Part shown: one piece after another, positions 17,521-30,307 of the stretch
Position numbering within the stretch: the stretch's first letter is position 1
Layout of the letters: every line of letters begins with the position of its first letter
NCBI GenBank assembly: GCA_035690485.1
Contig: DASSKL010000010.1
Location: forward strand, 856 to 64,855
Direction: 5' to 3'
DNA: 64,000 nt
Source of the DNA: Mycobacteriales bacterium
Lineage (GTDB): Bacteria > Actinomycetota > Actinomycetes > JAFAQI01 > DASSKL01
Translations under genes and position numbers: made by a program
Notes under the pieces: generated by a model
What the model saw: the letters and a program-made list of their open reading frames with translations, nothing else
What the model was told of the DNA's origin: nothing
Database searches by the model: none

Positions 17521-18339
17521 GTGACCTTGCTCGTCGGCACGTCCGGATGGCAGTACGCCGACTGGCGCGAGCCGTTCTACGCCGGGGTGCCCCAGCGCCG
17601 GTGGTTCGAGCACGTGCTCGCGGCCTTTCGCACCACCGAGCTCAACGTGTCGTTCTACCGCCTGCCGAAGCGCGAGACGTTCGAAGGCTGGGCCCGCCGC
17701 TCGCCCGCGGACGCGATCGTCACGGTCAAGGCCAGCCGCTACCTCACCCACGTCAAACGGCTTCGCGACCCGGCGCCCTCGGTGGCGCTGCTCGTGGAGC
17801 GCGCGACCGGCCTGGGCGCCAAGCTCGGCCCCGTGCTCGTGCAGCTGCCACCGGACCTGCACGTCGACGTGGACGGGTTGCGCGCGACGCTCGACGCATT
17901 CCCCTCCGGCGTACGAGTTGCCGTCGAGCCCCGGCACGACTCGTGGTGGACCGACGAGGTCCGAGACGTGCTCGCCGCGCACGGTGCCACCCTGGTCTGG
18001 GCGGACCGCGAGGAGAGGTCTCTCGGCCCGCTGTGGCGCACGGCCGACTGGGGCTACCTGCGGCTGCACGCGGGAGCCGCCGACGTCTGGCCCTTCTACC
18101 GCCCGGAGGCGCTGGCCGGCTGGGTCGACCGGCTGACCGGCACCTGGCCCGACGACGCCGACGTGTTCGTCTACTTCAACAACGACCCCGGCTGCGCGGC
18201 CGTGCACGACGCGGTGCACTTCGCGGCGTACGCCGAAGGCCACGGCCACCCGGTCTCGCGGGTGCCGCAGCACCCCGAGGTGGCCTACGCCTGCGGGGCG
18301 AGGAGCTCGACCCGGTTGCCGAACGGGTCGTCGCTGTAG
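17521..18339 (+). CDS. DUF72 (UPF0759) family protein
   Basis: GTG start; VTLLVGTSGWQYADWREPFY...VYFNND is a typical DUF72 opening and body. Confidence 0.7.
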   Translation: MTLLVGTSGWQYADWREPFYAGVPQRRWFEHVLAAFRTTELNVSFYRLPKRETFEGWARRSPADAIVTVKASRYLTHVKRLRDPAPSVALLVERATGLGAKLGPVLVQLPPDLHVDVDGLRATLDAFPSGVRVAVEPRHDSWWTDEVRDVLAAHGATLVWADREERSLGPLWRTADWGYLRLHAGAADVWPFYRPEALAGWVDRLTGTWPDDADVFVYFNNDPGCAAVHDAVHFAAYAEGHGHPVSRVPQHPEVAYACGARSSTRLPNGSSL

Positions 18340-19435
18340 AAGCGGCGACGAGGCGCTAGCTCGTCGTCCCAGGTCACCGAACGGCCGGCGGCCGCAAGCC
18401 GGTCGGCCAGGCCGTCGAGGTCGTGCACGACGAACGCGACATGCGCCTTGCGCGCCGGGCGGAACTCGGCCTCGACGCCCAGGTGCACCTCGGTGCCGTG
18501 CCCCCGGAACCAGCAGCCGCCGCGGGCGGCGAGCACCGGCGGCTTCGGTGCCTCGACCAGGCCGAGCAGGTCGGCGTAGTAGCCGCGCGCAGCGTCCTCC
18601 CCGCCGGTCGGGATCGCGACCTGGACGTGGTCGAGGCCGGTCACCGAGGCCGGCTGAGCCGCGCCGCCGCGCCGGCCCACCGCGAAGATCCGGCGGAACG
18701 GCAGCAACGTGCCGTGCTCCCCCTTCGGGTAGGCGGCGCGCAGCCGCGCGGCCAGCTCGGCGAGGAACTCCGCCTGCTCGGCCCCGTCGAGGCGGGCGAG
18801 AACCGGCCGCAGCGCGGTTCCCTTGACCCACTCGAGCACCGCATCGTCGCCGGGGAGCAGGTGCTGGTAGGTCGTCTCCCACACGTCGGCGTGCAGGCCG
18901 GCCGCGGCGAGGGCCGCGAGGTAGTCGCCCGGTTGGCACACCCCGGCGCCGCGGTCCGCGTCGGCGCCGAGCAGGTCGCGCCACCGCGGCGAGCGGCGCA
19001 GGTCGAGGATCGCCCGGTGGCTGGGCGCCTCGAAGTTGCCCGGCACCTGGAAGGCCAGCGTGCCGCCCGGTGCGACGTGCCCGGCGAGCACGCCGAGCAG
19101 GTCGATGTGGCCGGGCACCCACTGCAACGTCGCGTTGGCCACGAGGACGTCGACCGGCTCGTCCGGCCGCCACTCGCGCAGGTCCTGCTGCCGGAACTCC
19201 AGCCGCCCCGGAAGCTCCAGAACCTTGGCCTCGGCGAGCATCTCCGGCGAGCTGTCGATCCCGACGACCCGAGCGGCCGGCCAGCGCCTGGACAGCGCGG
19301 CCGTGAGCTGTCCCGGTCCGCAGCCGAGGTCCACCACCCGCCGGGCCGCGGGGACGTCGACACGGGCCAACAGGTCGAAGAACGGCCGCGCCCGCTCGTC
19401 GCCGAAGCGCTGGTACTGCTGCGGGTCCCACCCCG

Positions 19436-19439
<4 letters not shown>
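18285..19439 (-). CDS. Trans-aconitate 2-methyltransferase-like SAM methyltransferase fused to a C-terminal VOC/glyoxalase domain
   Basis: GTG start with a GTGA overlap to the ABC-F stop. N-terminal part (WDPQQYQRFGDERARPFFDLL...VVDLGCGPGQLT) resembles Tam; the last roughly 125 aa (GLDHVQVAIPTGGEDAARGYYADLLGL...HVAFVVHDLDGLADRLAAAG...DPFGNRVELL) is a glyoxalase/bleomycin-resistance fold. Confidence 0.7.
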
Positions 19440-21171
<1,732 letters not shown>

Positions 21172-21172
<1 letters not shown>

Positions 21173-22137
21173 CAGCGACGCGGACCGGCGGGCGCTGCCT
21201 CGACCGGTTCGTCAACAACGACCCGCGCCCCTGCGACCGGCCCGTCGGCCCGGCGGATGCCGCGGCAGACGTCCATGCCGGCGAGCGCGGCCGCGACGTG
21301 GACGCCGTCGTCGGCGGAGCGCGTGAGGAACGCGACGGTCGGACCGGACCCCGACACGACGGCGCCGACCGCCCCGACCTCGCGACCGGCTTCGAGCACC
21401 CGTCCCAGCTGCGGTCGCAGCCGCAGGGCGGCTGGTTGCAGGTCGTTGCACAGCGTGCGCCCGAGCGCGACCGGGTCGCCGCTGCGCAGCGCCGCGAGCA
21501 CGCCGTCGAGGTTGGCCTCGGGTTGCGGCTGCTCCGCGCGCATCGCGTCGAGCGCGGCGTAGACGGCCGGCGTCGACAGCCCGCCGTCGGCGAGCGCGAA
21601 GACCCAGTGGTAGGTGCCGCGTCCGAGCACCGGTGAGAGCTGCTCCCCGCGCCCGGCGCCCAGCGCGGTGCCGCCCTGCAGCGCGAACGGCACGTCGCTG
21701 CCCAGCCCGGCGGCCAGGCCGAGCATCGTCTCGCGGTCCAGCCCGGTGTCCCACAGGGCGTCGACGGCGACCAGCGCACCGGCGGCGTCGGCGGAGCCGC
21801 CCGCCATGCCCCCGGCGACGGGGATCCCCTTGCGGATGGTGAGGCGCACGGCCGGCTCGCGGCCGGTGAGCGCGGCGACCGCCCGCACGGCCTGCACCGC
21901 GAGGTTGCGGTCGTCGAGGGGCACGTCGTCGGCGCCCTCGCCCACCACGCCGACCGAGAGCCGCTCGGCCGGCTCGACGACCACGTCGTCGTAGAGCGAG
22001 ACCGCGTGGAAGACCGTCGAGAGCTCGTGGAAGCCGTCGTCGCGCAGCGGCCCGACGCACAGCGCGAGGTTGACCTTCGCCGGCACCCGCACCGTCACGG
22101 CGCCGGGCGCCGGACGTGTGTCGTGCGGCTGGCTCAC
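21172..22137 (-). CDS. ispE: 4-diphosphocytidyl-2-C-methyl-D-erythritol kinase
   Basis: 321 aa; GHMP-kinase motif PVAGGMAGGSADAAGAL; conserved upstream of ksgA. Confidence 0.9.
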
Positions 22138-22146
22138 CCCTCGATG

Positions 22147-23058
22147 CTAGGAGGCGCCGGTAGCCGCCCCGCGCGCCGCGGCGATCCGCGCGAAGTCGTC
22201 GACGCCCAAGCCCTCACCGCGCGCACCGGGGTCGACGCCCGCGGCGCGCAGCACCGCCTCGGCCGCCGAAGGAGACCCGGCCCACGCGGAAAGCGCCGCC
22301 CGCAACGTCTTGCGCCGCTGGGCGAACGCCGCGTCGATGACGGCGAACACCTCGCCGCGGCTCGCCGTGGTGGCCGGAGGAGCGTGCCGGGTGAAGGCGA
22401 CCAGCCCGGAGTGGACGCGCGGCTCGGGCCAGAAGACCGTGCGGGAGACCGGACCGGCCCGGCGTACGTCGGCGTACCAGCGGGCTTTGACCGACGGCGC
22501 GCCGTAGGTCCGGGACCCCGGGCCGGCCGCGAGCCGGTCGGCGACCTCGGCCTGCACCATGACCAGCCCACCGGCCAGTGAGGGGAACCGCTCGAGCGCG
22601 TGCAGCAGCACCGGGACCGCGACGTTGTAGGGCAGGTTCGCGACCAGCCGCGTGGGGGGCTCGCCGGGCAGCACCTCGAGGCGCATTGCGTCGGCCGTGA
22701 CGACGTCGAGGCGGTGGGCGTAGGCCGGAAGCCTCGTGCGCACCGTCTCGGGAAGCGCCCCGGCGAGCACGGGGTCGATCTCCACGGCGACAACCCGTCC
22801 GACCTCCGGCAGGAGCCCCAGGGTCAGCGAGCCGAGCCCGGGGCCGACCTCGAGGACGACGTCCTCGGCGCGGACGCCGGCCGCGCGCACGATCCGGCGG
22901 ACGGTGTTCGCGTCAATGACGAAGTTCTGCCCGAGCGTCTTGGTCGGCCGCAAGCCGAGCGCCGCAGCGATCTCGCGGACCGCGGCGGCGCCGAGCAGCC
23001 CGGAGCCGGGGCGGTCAGCTGTAGAGATAGTGACCGCAGACCGGCCACGGCGAGTCAC
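22147..23058 (-). CDS. rsmA: 16S rRNA (adenine1518/1519-N6) dimethyltransferase RsmA/KsgA
   Basis: LGQNFVID plus [14 protein letters not shown] motif. Start is ambiguous: GTG 23058 (44-nt overlap with rpfB) or GTG 23130 (116-nt overlap). Confidence 0.8.
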   Translation of the reverse strand: MTRRGRSAVTISTADRPGSGLLGAAAVREIAAALGLRPTKTLGQNFVIDANTVRRIVRAAGVRAEDVVLEVGPGLGSLTLGLLPEVGRVVAVEIDPVLAGALPETVRTRLPAYAHRLDVVTADAMRLEVLPGEPPTRLVANLPYNVAVPVLLHALERFPSLAGGLVMVQAEVADRLAAGPGSRTYGAPSVKARWYADVRRAGPVSRTVFWPEPRVHSGLVAFTRHAPPATTASRGEVFAVIDAAFAQRRKTLRAALSAWAGSPSAAEAVLRAAGVDPGARGEGLGVDDFARIAAARGAATGAS

Positions 23059-24259
23059 CGCTGCGGGAGTAGAGGATCTGCGCCCGGTAGGTCTGCTCGC
23101 CCGAGGAGGCGTCGATCGGGTCGCCTGCACCGCCCACGCCGTGCCAGGTGCCCAACGAGAACTGGTAGAGCCCGCGGTAGGTGCCGCCCGGCGAGACGGC
23201 GCGCGGGTTGCCGCCGGACTCGCACTGGGCGAGCGCGCCCCAGTTGAGGCCGTCGGCGCTCGGGGCGTGCTGGGGCGCGGCCGGCCTGACCTTGGTGCCG
23301 ACGACGACGACGCGGGTGACCGGAGCCTGGGTGACGACGCTGTTCATCAGCTTCTTCTTCCAGGGCTTGCCGTCGCGCATCGTGTAGATGTAGTCGAGCG
23401 TGCGGACCCCCGGCCGACCCTCCTGCAGCACCTTCTTCTGGTCGCGGTACATCGAGGAGTCGTAGCGGGTTTCCGTGCCGAACGGCAGCGCCACGCTCTC
23501 CAGCACCCGGCGGTCACGGATGCGGGTGACGGTCACGACGAGGCCGTCGGTGGGGTAGGTCCACGACGGCACGCTGACCAGGTCACTGGGCGCGAGGTCG
23601 AGGTGGAGCTGCCAGCGCAGCAGGTCGTCGACGCTCCTCGCCGTCGTGGTCGGCTGCAGCGTGTGGCCGTCGACCAGGATCGTCGGGTGCTGCGGGGTGC
23701 GCACGGTCAGGCTGAGCCCCTTGCGGGGGATCGTCAGCGAGCGCGAGGCGGAGATGAACTCGCCGGACTCCCGCAGGCCCAGCTCGCCGAGGGCGTCGTC
23801 GACGCTGGCGGCCGTCACCCAGACCTTGCGCTCCTTGCCGTTGACCGTCAGCGCGAGCTCGCGCGCGTGGCGCACCACGACGCGGCCGCCGTCCTTGATC
23901 GCCGCATGCTCGTCGGGGACGACCAGGTCGTGCGGGCCCACCTCGACGCCGGCACGGTCGAGGACTCCTGCGACGTCTCCCGCGAACGTGTGGATCTGGC
24001 GCTGCTGGCCGTCGACCGAGACCGTGACGGTCTTGCCGAGCGCCGCGTAGGCCACCGCACCACCGCTGAGAAGGGTGAGCACGGCCACGAAGAACGCGAG
24101 GGCGGCAGGAGAGCGGCGCACAATGCTCCAAGGTCGTGCGATCCGGGCACGGGAGCGAGCACGCGCAGGCCGCGGTACTCCCCCATCCTGGATCGGATCC
24201 CAGGCCTGGCTTCGCGCCGCCGCCCCCCGAAGCGTGCCCGGATGTCCCGATCCGGCCAA
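23015..24259 (-). CDS. rpfB: Resuscitation-promoting factor RpfB (DUF348 repeats, G5 domain, lysozyme-like transglycosylase domain)
   Basis: 414 aa; N-terminal TM/signal, repeated DUF348-like segments, and a C-terminal Rpf catalytic domain ...[36 protein letters not shown]; conserved tatD-rpfB-ksgA order. Confidence 0.85.
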   Translation of the reverse strand: MAGSGHPGTLRGAAARSQAWDPIQDGGVPRPARARSRARIARPWSIVRRSPAALAFFVAVLTLLSGGAVAYAALGKTVTVSVDGQQRQIHTFAGDVAGVLDRAGVEVGPHDLVVPDEHAAIKDGGRVVVRHARELALTVNGKERKVWVTAASVDDALGELGLRESGEFISASRSLTIPRKGLSLTVRTPQHPTILVDGHTLQPTTTARSVDDLLRWQLHLDLAPSDLVSVPSWTYPTDGLVVTVTRIRDRRVLESVALPFGTETRYDSSMYRDQKKVLQEGRPGVRTLDYIYTMRDGKPWKKKLMNSVVTQAPVTRVVVVGTKVRPAAPQHAPSADGLNWGALAQCESGGNPRAVSPGGTYRGLYQFSLGTWHGVGGAGDPIDASSGEQTYRAQILYSRSGDSPWPVCGHYLYS

Positions 24260-24325
24260 CAGTTCGGGGACCTTAGCGACCGGCGTGGCGGATTGACAAA
24301 TCGAGGGTGGGGACAGGAGGGGTGT

Positions 24326-25141
24326 TCAGAGCCCGAACACGCGTGCGGCAGTGGCCGCGACGGCCGCGCACAACGTATCGGTTTCGACCCCTTTGACCTC
24401 GGCCAACGCGCGCACGGTGAGCGGCACGAGGTAGGGCGCGTTGGGCCGGCCGCGGTAGGGCACCGGCGTGAGGAACGGTGCGTCGGTCTCGACCAGCAGC
24501 TGGTCGATCGGCGCGACGGCGGCCGCCGCCCGCAGGTCGTGGGCGTTGTTGAACGTGACGTTGCCGGCGAAGCTCATCACGAAGCCGCGCTCGGCGCAGG
24601 TGCGGGCCATGGCCGCGTCGCCCGAGAAGCAGTGAAAGACCGTCTGCTCGGGAGCGCCCTCCTCGGCGAGAACCCGCAGCACGTCGTCGTGGGCGTCGCG
24701 GTCGTGGATGACGAGCGCCTTGCCCGACTCCTTCGCGATCGCGATGTGCCGCCGGAACGACGCCTCCTGGACGGCCCACTCGGGCTCGCCGGTGCGGAAG
24801 TGGTCGAGCCCGGTCTCCCCGATCGCGACGACCTGCGGCAGACCGGCAAGCCGGGCGATCTCGGCGAAGTCCTCCTCGGTGGCGCTCGGCGACTCGTTGG
24901 GGTGGATCGCGACGGTGGCGTGGACACCGGCGTGCTGCTCGGCGGTCGCCGCGCACCACTGCGACGAGGCCACGTCGATGCCGACGGTGAGCAGGGGCGC
25001 GATGCCGGCCGCCCTCGCCTCGTCGACCGACGTCCGGACGTCGTCGCCCATGAGGTCGAGGTGGCAGTGCGCGTCGGGGACGGCGACGGCCAGCGGCTCC
25101 GGCGCGGGCGGCCTCTCGCCCTCGCGCTTGCCTCGGCTCAT
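24326..25141 (-). CDS. tatD: TatD family metal-dependent DNase/hydrolase
   Basis: Start at MSRGKREGE... (ATGA overlap with the metG stop); PDAHCHLD motif; 272 aa. Confidence 0.85.
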   Translation of the reverse strand: MSRGKREGERPPAPEPLAVAVPDAHCHLDLMGDDVRTSVDEARAAGIAPLLTVGIDVASSQWCAATAEQHAGVHATVAIHPNESPSATEEDFAEIARLAGLPQVVAIGETGLDHFRTGEPEWAVQEASFRRHIAIAKESGKALVIHDRDAHDDVLRVLAEEGAPEQTVFHCFSGDAAMARTCAERGFVMSFAGNVTFNNAHDLRAAAAVAPIDQLLVETDAPFLTPVPYRGRPNAPYLVPLTVRALAEVKGVETDTLCAAVAATAARVFGL

Positions 25142-26931
25142 CCGGCCCGCTCCTCCAGGCGGGCGAGCTCCTCGTCGACGACCGACGGGTCGAGCTTGCG
25201 GAACACCGGCGTCGGCGCGGCCAGCGGCGTGCCGGCGACGATCTCGCGACGTTCCCAGGCCGGTACGTCGTCGTAGTCGCCGGTGATGACGGGGTACGGC
25301 GTACCGCCGTCGAGGTCGTCGGCCTCGCGGATCTCCGGCGCGGGGGAGAACCGGCCGGTGCCGCCCAGCAGCTCGTGCACCCGCTGCGCGCTGTGCGGCA
25401 GGAACGGCGCGAGCAGCGTGTTGCAGTCGCTCACCGCCTGCAGCGCCACGTGCAGCACGGTCTCCATCCGCTGCGGGTCGTCGTTCTTGAGCTTCCACGG
25501 GGCCTGGTCGGAGAGGTACTTGTTGGCCTCGCCCACGACCCGCATCGCCTCACCGAGCGCGGCCTTGAAGTGAGAGCCGTCGAGATGCCCACCGACGGTG
25601 GAAAAGCCTTGCTGCACCGAGGAAAGCAGGGCGCGGTCCGCGTCGGTGAGGTCGCCCGCGGCGGGGATGGAGCCGACGTTCTTGGCCGCCATCGACACCG
25701 ACCGGTTGACGAGGTTGCCCCAGCCGGCGACCAGCTCGTCGTTGTTGCGCCGGAGGAACTCCGACCAGGTGAAGTCGGTGTCCTGGTTCTCCGGGCCTGC
25801 GGCCGCGATGAAGTAGCGCAGCGCGTCGGCGTCGTAGCGGGAGAGGAAGTCGCCGACGTAGATGACGACCCCACGACTCGAGGAGAACTTCTTGCCCTCC
25901 ATCGTCAGGAACTCGCTGGACACGACCTCGGTGGGCAGCTGGAGCTCGCCGTAGTCCCCCGGGGTGCCGCCCTTCGCGCCACGGCCGTCGTAGCCGAGCA
26001 GCTCGGCCGGCCAGATCTGCGAGTGGAACGTGATGTTGTCCTTGCCCATGAAGTAGTAGGACGCCGCATCGGGGTCGCACCACCACTGCTGCCAGGCGTC
26101 GGGGTCGGCCCCGCGCCGGGCCCACTCGATCGACGCCGACAGGTAGCCGATGACCGCGTCGAACCAGACGTAGAGCCGCTTGTTGGGGTTGTCCTCCCAG
26201 CCGGGCAAGGGCACCGGGATGCCCCAGTCGATGTCGCGGGTCATCGCCCGCGGGCGCAGATCGTCCAGCAGGTTCAGGGAGAAACGCAGGACGTTGGGCC
26301 GCCAGCCGGTGCGGGTGCGCAGCCAGGCGCCGAGTGCGTCGGCCAGGGCCGGCAGGTCGAGGAAGAAGTGCTCGGTCTCGACGAACTGGGGCACCTCGCC
26401 GTTGATGCGGCTGCGCGGGTTGATCAGGTCGGCCGCGTCGAGCTGGTTGCCGCAGTTGTCGCACTGGTCCCCGCGGGCGCCGTCGTAGCCGCAGATCGGG
26501 CAGGTGCCCTCGATGTAGCGGTCGGGAAGCGTGCGGCCGGTCGACGGGCTGACCGCACCGGTGGTCGTCTGCTCGATCATGTAGCCGTTGCGGTAGAGCG
26601 TCTTGAACATCTCCTGCGCGACGGCGTAATGGTTGCGCGTCGTCGTACGCGTGAAGAGGTCGTAGGACAGCCCGAGCGCGGTGAGGTCCTCGACGATCAC
26701 CCGGTTGTAGCGGTCGGCGAGCGACTTGGGGGTCACCCCCTCCTGCTCGGCCTGCACGAGGATCGGCGTGCCGTGCTCGTCCGTGCCGCTGACCATGAGC
26801 ACGCGGTCGCCGGTCATCCGCCGGTAGCGGCTGAAGATGTCCGACGGCACGCCGAAACCTGCGACGTGCCCGATGTGCCGGGGGCCGTTGGCATAGGGCC
26901 AGGCGACAGCGGTGAGCACGTGGCGGGGCAT
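25138..26931 (-). CDS. metG: Methionyl-tRNA synthetase
   Basis: 597 aa; class-I HIGH motif ([12 protein letters not shown]), KMSKS-like KFSSSRG, and a CxxC...CxxC zinc knuckle. Confidence 0.95.
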   Translation of the reverse strand: MPRHVLTAVAWPYANGPRHIGHVAGFGVPSDIFSRYRRMTGDRVLMVSGTDEHGTPILVQAEQEGVTPKSLADRYNRVIVEDLTALGLSYDLFTRTTTRNHYAVAQEMFKTLYRNGYMIEQTTTGAVSPSTGRTLPDRYIEGTCPICGYDGARGDQCDNCGNQLDAADLINPRSRINGEVPQFVETEHFFLDLPALADALGAWLRTRTGWRPNVLRFSLNLLDDLRPRAMTRDIDWGIPVPLPGWEDNPNKRLYVWFDAVIGYLSASIEWARRGADPDAWQQWWCDPDAASYYFMGKDNITFHSQIWPAELLGYDGRGAKGGTPGDYGELQLPTEVVSSEFLTMEGKKFSSSRGVVIYVGDFLSRYDADALRYFIAAAGPENQDTDFTWSEFLRRNNDELVAGWGNLVNRSVSMAAKNVGSIPAAGDLTDADRALLSSVQQGFSTVGGHLDGSHFKAALGEAMRVVGEANKYLSDQAPWKLKNDDPQRMETVLHVALQAVSDCNTLLAPFLPHSAQRVHELLGGTGRFSPAPEIREADDLDGGTPYPVITGDYDDVPAWERREIVAGTPLAAPTPVFRKLDPSVVDEELARLEERAG

Positions 26932-27022
26932 GCATCCACCCTAGTGAGAGGCGTCCAACCACTTCGGTGGCGCGCAAACACCAGGGATGTGGCTGTCTCG
27001 ACGTGCGGATCCAACAACACCA

Positions 27023-27889
27023 CTAGTGCCGACGAGGGTGGTCGTTCTTCGCGGCCACGACCGCGGCGTAGACCTCGCGCTTCGGCAGGCCCGTCTCGCG
27101 CGCGACCTCGCCGATCGCGTCCTTGCGCGACTGCCCCGCCTGCTCGCGCGCCCGGACGAGAGCGACCAGATCGTCGCTGCTACCGACGTACGCCGCGGCC
27201 GGGGCGCCACCCACGACGAGCGTGATCTCGCCCCTGACCCCGGCGGCGGCCCAGGCGGCCAGGTCGGCCAGGCTGCCGCGGCGCACCTCCTCGTAGGTCT
27301 TCGTCAGCTCGCGGCAGGCCACCGCCGGGCGGTCGTCGCCGAAGGCCGCGGCCAGGTCGGTGACGGTGGCCGCCAACCGGTGCGGCGCCTCGAAGAGCAC
27401 CAGTGTGCGCGGCTCCGTGGCGAGCTCGGCCAGCCGCGCGCGGCGCTCGCCGGCCCGGCGCGGCAGGAAGCCTTCGAAGCAGAACCGGTCCGTGGGCAGC
27501 CCCGACACCGCCAGCGCGGTCGTCACCGCCGACGGCCCCGCGAGCGCAGTGACCGGCAACCCCTCGGCCGCGGCGGCGGACACCAACCGGTAGCCGGGAT
27601 CCGACACCGTCGGCATGCCCGCGTCGGTGACGAGGAGCACGGTCGCGCCACCGCGCAGGGCGGCCAGCAGCTCCGGCGTACGCGCCCCTTCCACGGAGTC
27701 GTAGTAGGACACGATCTTGCCGCCGAGCGTGACGTCGAGATCCGCGGCGAGGCGGCGCAACCTGCGGGTGTCCTCGGCGGCGATGACGTCGGCGGTCGCC
27801 AGCAGGTCGCGCAGCCGCGGCGAGGCGTCGGCCGGATCGCCGATCGGTACGCCGGCCAGCACGAGCCGCCCCGCGTCGTCGCTGCGCAT
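27023..27889 (-). CDS. rsmI: 16S rRNA (cytidine1402-2'-O)-methyltransferase RsmI
   Basis: Start at MRSDDAGRLVLAGVPIGD; tetrapyrrole-methylase fold; divergent to pmt, as in mycobacteria. Confidence 0.8.
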   Translation of the reverse strand: MRSDDAGRLVLAGVPIGDPADASPRLRDLLATADVIAAEDTRRLRRLAADLDVTLGGKIVSYYDSVEGARTPELLAALRGGATVLLVTDAGMPTVSDPGYRLVSAAAAEGLPVTALAGPSAVTTALAVSGLPTDRFCFEGFLPRRAGERRARLAELATEPRTLVLFEAPHRLAATVTDLAAAFGDDRPAVACRELTKTYEEVRRGSLADLAAWAAAGVRGEITLVVGGAPAAAYVGSSDDLVALVRAREQAGQSRKDAIGEVARETGLPKREVYAAVVAAKNDHPRRH

Positions 27890-27929
27890 CCGGCCATCCT
27901 GCCGCGCCGGCGGTCCTAGCATTGGCCGC

Positions 27930-29543
27930 GTGGCGACCGGGCTGGCAACGGGGGGCCCCGCGCCCGACGCGACCGCGGAGCTGCCTGCCGCCGACCAGCA
28001 CGCGCGGCTGGCCCGCATCCGCGCGCGGCTCGTGGTGCCGCTGCCGCGCGACGTGCTGTGGGGGTGGCTCGGCCCGCTGCTGGTGACCGGGCTGGCCGCC
28101 TACCTGCGCTTCCACCGGCTCGGCGTGCCGCAGGCGAAGGTCTTCGACGAGGTCTACTACAGCCACGACGCGTGGAGCCTGCTGCACCACGGCGTCGAGC
28201 TCAACGCGCACGACAACGGCCCCGGCTTCGTGGTGCACCCGCCGCTCGGCAAGTGGATGATCGCGTTCGGCGAGTGGGTGTTCGGCTACAACTCCTACGG
28301 CTGGCGGTTCTCCGCGGCGCTCGTCGGCACGCTGTCGGTGCTGATCCTCGCCCGTACGGCGCGGCGGATGTTCGGCTCGACGCTGCTCGGCTGCCTCGCC
28401 GGGCTGCTGCTGGCGCTGGAAGCGCTGGAGTTCGTGCAGAGCCGAGTCGCGATGCTCGACATCTTCCTGATGTTCTGGGTCGTCGCGGGGTTCGCCTGCC
28501 TCGTCATCGATCGTGACGACGGCCGGCGGCGCCTGGCCGAGCGTATGGAGGAGTGGCCGGCGTCGGCGCGGGGCCGCGGCCCGTGGCTCGGCGTGCGCTG
28601 GTGGCGGCTCGGTGTCGGGATCTGCGCGGGTGCCGCGTGCGCGACCAAGTGGAGCGGCGTCTGGTTCGTCATCGCGTTCTTCCTGCTGGCGTGGGCGTGG
28701 GACGCGGGCGCCCGCCGGGCGGCCGGCATCCGCCACCCGCGCCGGGCCGCGCTGCTGCTCGACGGCCTGCCCTCGATCGTCCTGCTGCTGCTCGTCCCGG
28801 CGATGGTCTACGTGCTGTCGTGGCTCGGCTGGTTCATGGCCACCGGCGCCACCGCCTGGGATCACGACAAGTTCGTGCACCCGGGGCAGGGCTGGTTCGC
28901 GCACGCCGTCGCGGTCGTGCACGGCTGGGTGAGCTACCACCGCGAGGTCTACAACTTCCACGTCCACCTCGACGCGGGCCACCCCTACAAGTCAGAGCCG
29001 TGGGGCTGGCTGCTGCTGGCCCGGCCGGTGGCGTACTTCTACTCCTCGCCGGACCTGGGCCAGCTCGGCTGCCATGCTCAGCAGTGCTCCCGCGAGGTGC
29101 TCGCGATCGGCACGCCGGCGATCTGGTGGGCGTCGATCCCGGCGCTGCTCTGGACGATCTGGGTGTGGGTCGCCCGGCGCGACTGGCGGGCGACCGCCGT
29201 GCTCTGGGGGTTCGGCGCGGGCTATGTCGTGTGGCTGGCCTTCCCCAGCCGCACGATGTTCCTCTTCTACGCGCTGCCCGCCGTGCCGTTCATGATCCTC
29301 GGGCTGACACTGGCGGCCGGCTCGTTGCTGGGCCGCGCACGAACGACGCTGCTGCGCAGACGGTGGGCCGCGGCGGCGGTCGGCGCCTTCGCCCTGCTGG
29401 TCGTGGCGAACTTCTTCTACCTGTATCCGATCCTCGCCGCGAAGGTCATCCCGCAGAGCGAGTGGCACGACCGCATGTGGTTCCGCCAGTGCACGAGCGC
29501 GAGCAGCGACCACACGGTCGAGGTCGCGCCCTGCTGGATCTAG
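27930..29543 (+). CDS. pmt: Protein O-mannosyltransferase (GT39, dolichyl-phosphate-mannose-protein mannosyltransferase family)
   Basis: GTG start at 27930; multiple TM helices; KVFDEVYYSHDAW...HPPLGKWMIAF motif region typical of PMT-family enzymes. Confidence 0.8.
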   Translation: MATGLATGGPAPDATAELPAADQHARLARIRARLVVPLPRDVLWGWLGPLLVTGLAAYLRFHRLGVPQAKVFDEVYYSHDAWSLLHHGVELNAHDNGPGFVVHPPLGKWMIAFGEWVFGYNSYGWRFSAALVGTLSVLILARTARRMFGSTLLGCLAGLLLALEALEFVQSRVAMLDIFLMFWVVAGFACLVIDRDDGRRRLAERMEEWPASARGRGPWLGVRWWRLGVGICAGAACATKWSGVWFVIAFFLLAWAWDAGARRAAGIRHPRRAALLLDGLPSIVLLLLVPAMVYVLSWLGWFMATGATAWDHDKFVHPGQGWFAHAVAVVHGWVSYHREVYNFHVHLDAGHPYKSEPWGWLLLARPVAYFYSSPDLGQLGCHAQQCSREVLAIGTPAIWWASIPALLWTIWVWVARRDWRATAVLWGFGAGYVVWLAFPSRTMFLFYALPAVPFMILGLTLAAGSLLGRARTTLLRRRWAAAAVGAFALLVVANFFYLYPILAAKVIPQSEWHDRMWFRQCTSASSDHTVEVAPCWI

Positions 29544-29574
29544 CCCGGCCGGCCGCCGGCGGCGAGGTTCGCCA

Positions 29575-29952
29575 CTAGCCGACCACCATCAGCACGTTGC
29601 TCTCGTGGTCGCGAAGCCAGAACATCGGGGGCACCGGACCGCCCATGCGCTGCACCTCGGCGTCGACGTCGACGCCGGCCCCGCGCAGCTGTGCGTGGTA
29701 GCCGTCGACGTCCTCGGTGTGCAGGCTGATGCCGGTCTCCCGGCCGCCGGTCTTGGCCTCCGGGTGCGGGGGCGCGAGCGCGATGGTCGTCTCCTGACCG
29801 GGCAGCCCGACCTCGATCCAGCGGTCGGGGCCGGGGCCGAACGGGATGTCCACCCGCTTCTCGAAACCGAGCTTGCCGACGTAGAAGTCCACCGCGGCGT
29901 CCTGGTCGGCCATCGGGACGATCACCGTCGCGATCTTGCTGGCTTGTGCCAT
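29575..29952 (-). CDS. VOC/glyoxalase family protein
   Basis: Start at MAQASKIATVIVPMADQDAAVDFYVGKLGFEK (internal Met); 125 aa. The upstream part of the listed ORF merely translates the att/tRNA-like repeat. Confidence 0.7.
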   Translation of the reverse strand: MAQASKIATVIVPMADQDAAVDFYVGKLGFEKRVDIPFGPGPDRWIEVGLPGQETTIALAPPHPEAKTGGRETGISLHTEDVDGYHAQLRGAGVDVDAEVQRMGGPVPPMFWLRDHESNVLMVVG

Positions 29953-30090
29953 GGCTCCTCCTGCTCGTCGAAGCTGTCCGCAAGTAGACGACGAAGCGCG
30001 GCAGAAGTCATCGGGCTCGGGGTACGCCGGCAGAAGACTTACCTCTGCGCCACCCTGGACCTGGCACGGCCCGGCTCGGGTCAGAACCGA

Positions 30091-30123
30091 CGTGCGGGTG
30101 GTGGAGCTGAGGGGATTTGAACC
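30091..30123. repeat. att direct repeat (distal copy): 33-bp perfect duplicate of the tRNA-Ala 3' end plus 8 nt of 3' flank
   Basis: cgtgcgggtggtggagctgaggggatttgaacc is identical to 40112-40144. No D-arm or anticodon arm lies upstream, so this is a partial tRNA copy and not a gene. Confidence 0.85.
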
Positions 30124-30142
30124 ACTCGTCGCTCGCTTCCTA

Positions 30143-30168
30143 CCTGCGACTATACGCAAAGTCGCAGG
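30143..30168. other. 9-bp inverted repeat hairpin just inside the left att site
   Basis: cctgcgact-atacgcaa-agtcgcagg; could be an Int/Xis arm-type site or a terminator for the convergent cargo gene. Confidence 0.3.
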
Positions 30169-30307
30169 TCAGCGCGGTGGTCGTGAGCAGCCGGCGGTCG
30201 TTCGACGCCGTTGTACGCCGTGCCGTTATGCCCCGGGGCATAACGGATGATCTTGTTGCGGGGCGGCGAGACGTCCGATCGTCCGTGCGTTGATCAAGAG
30301 AACGGCA

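Noticed and set aside
30091-30168. Second tRNA-Ala gene at the left att site
   Set aside because: Only the 3' 25 nt of the tRNA are duplicated. The upstream sequence cannot form D or anticodon arms. It is an att remnant, not a tRNA.
29936-30250. Plus-strand ORF containing VRVVELRGFEPL
   Set aside because: The peptide is the translation of the tRNA T-arm/acceptor sequence inside the att repeat (same artefact at 40044-40415). Not coding.
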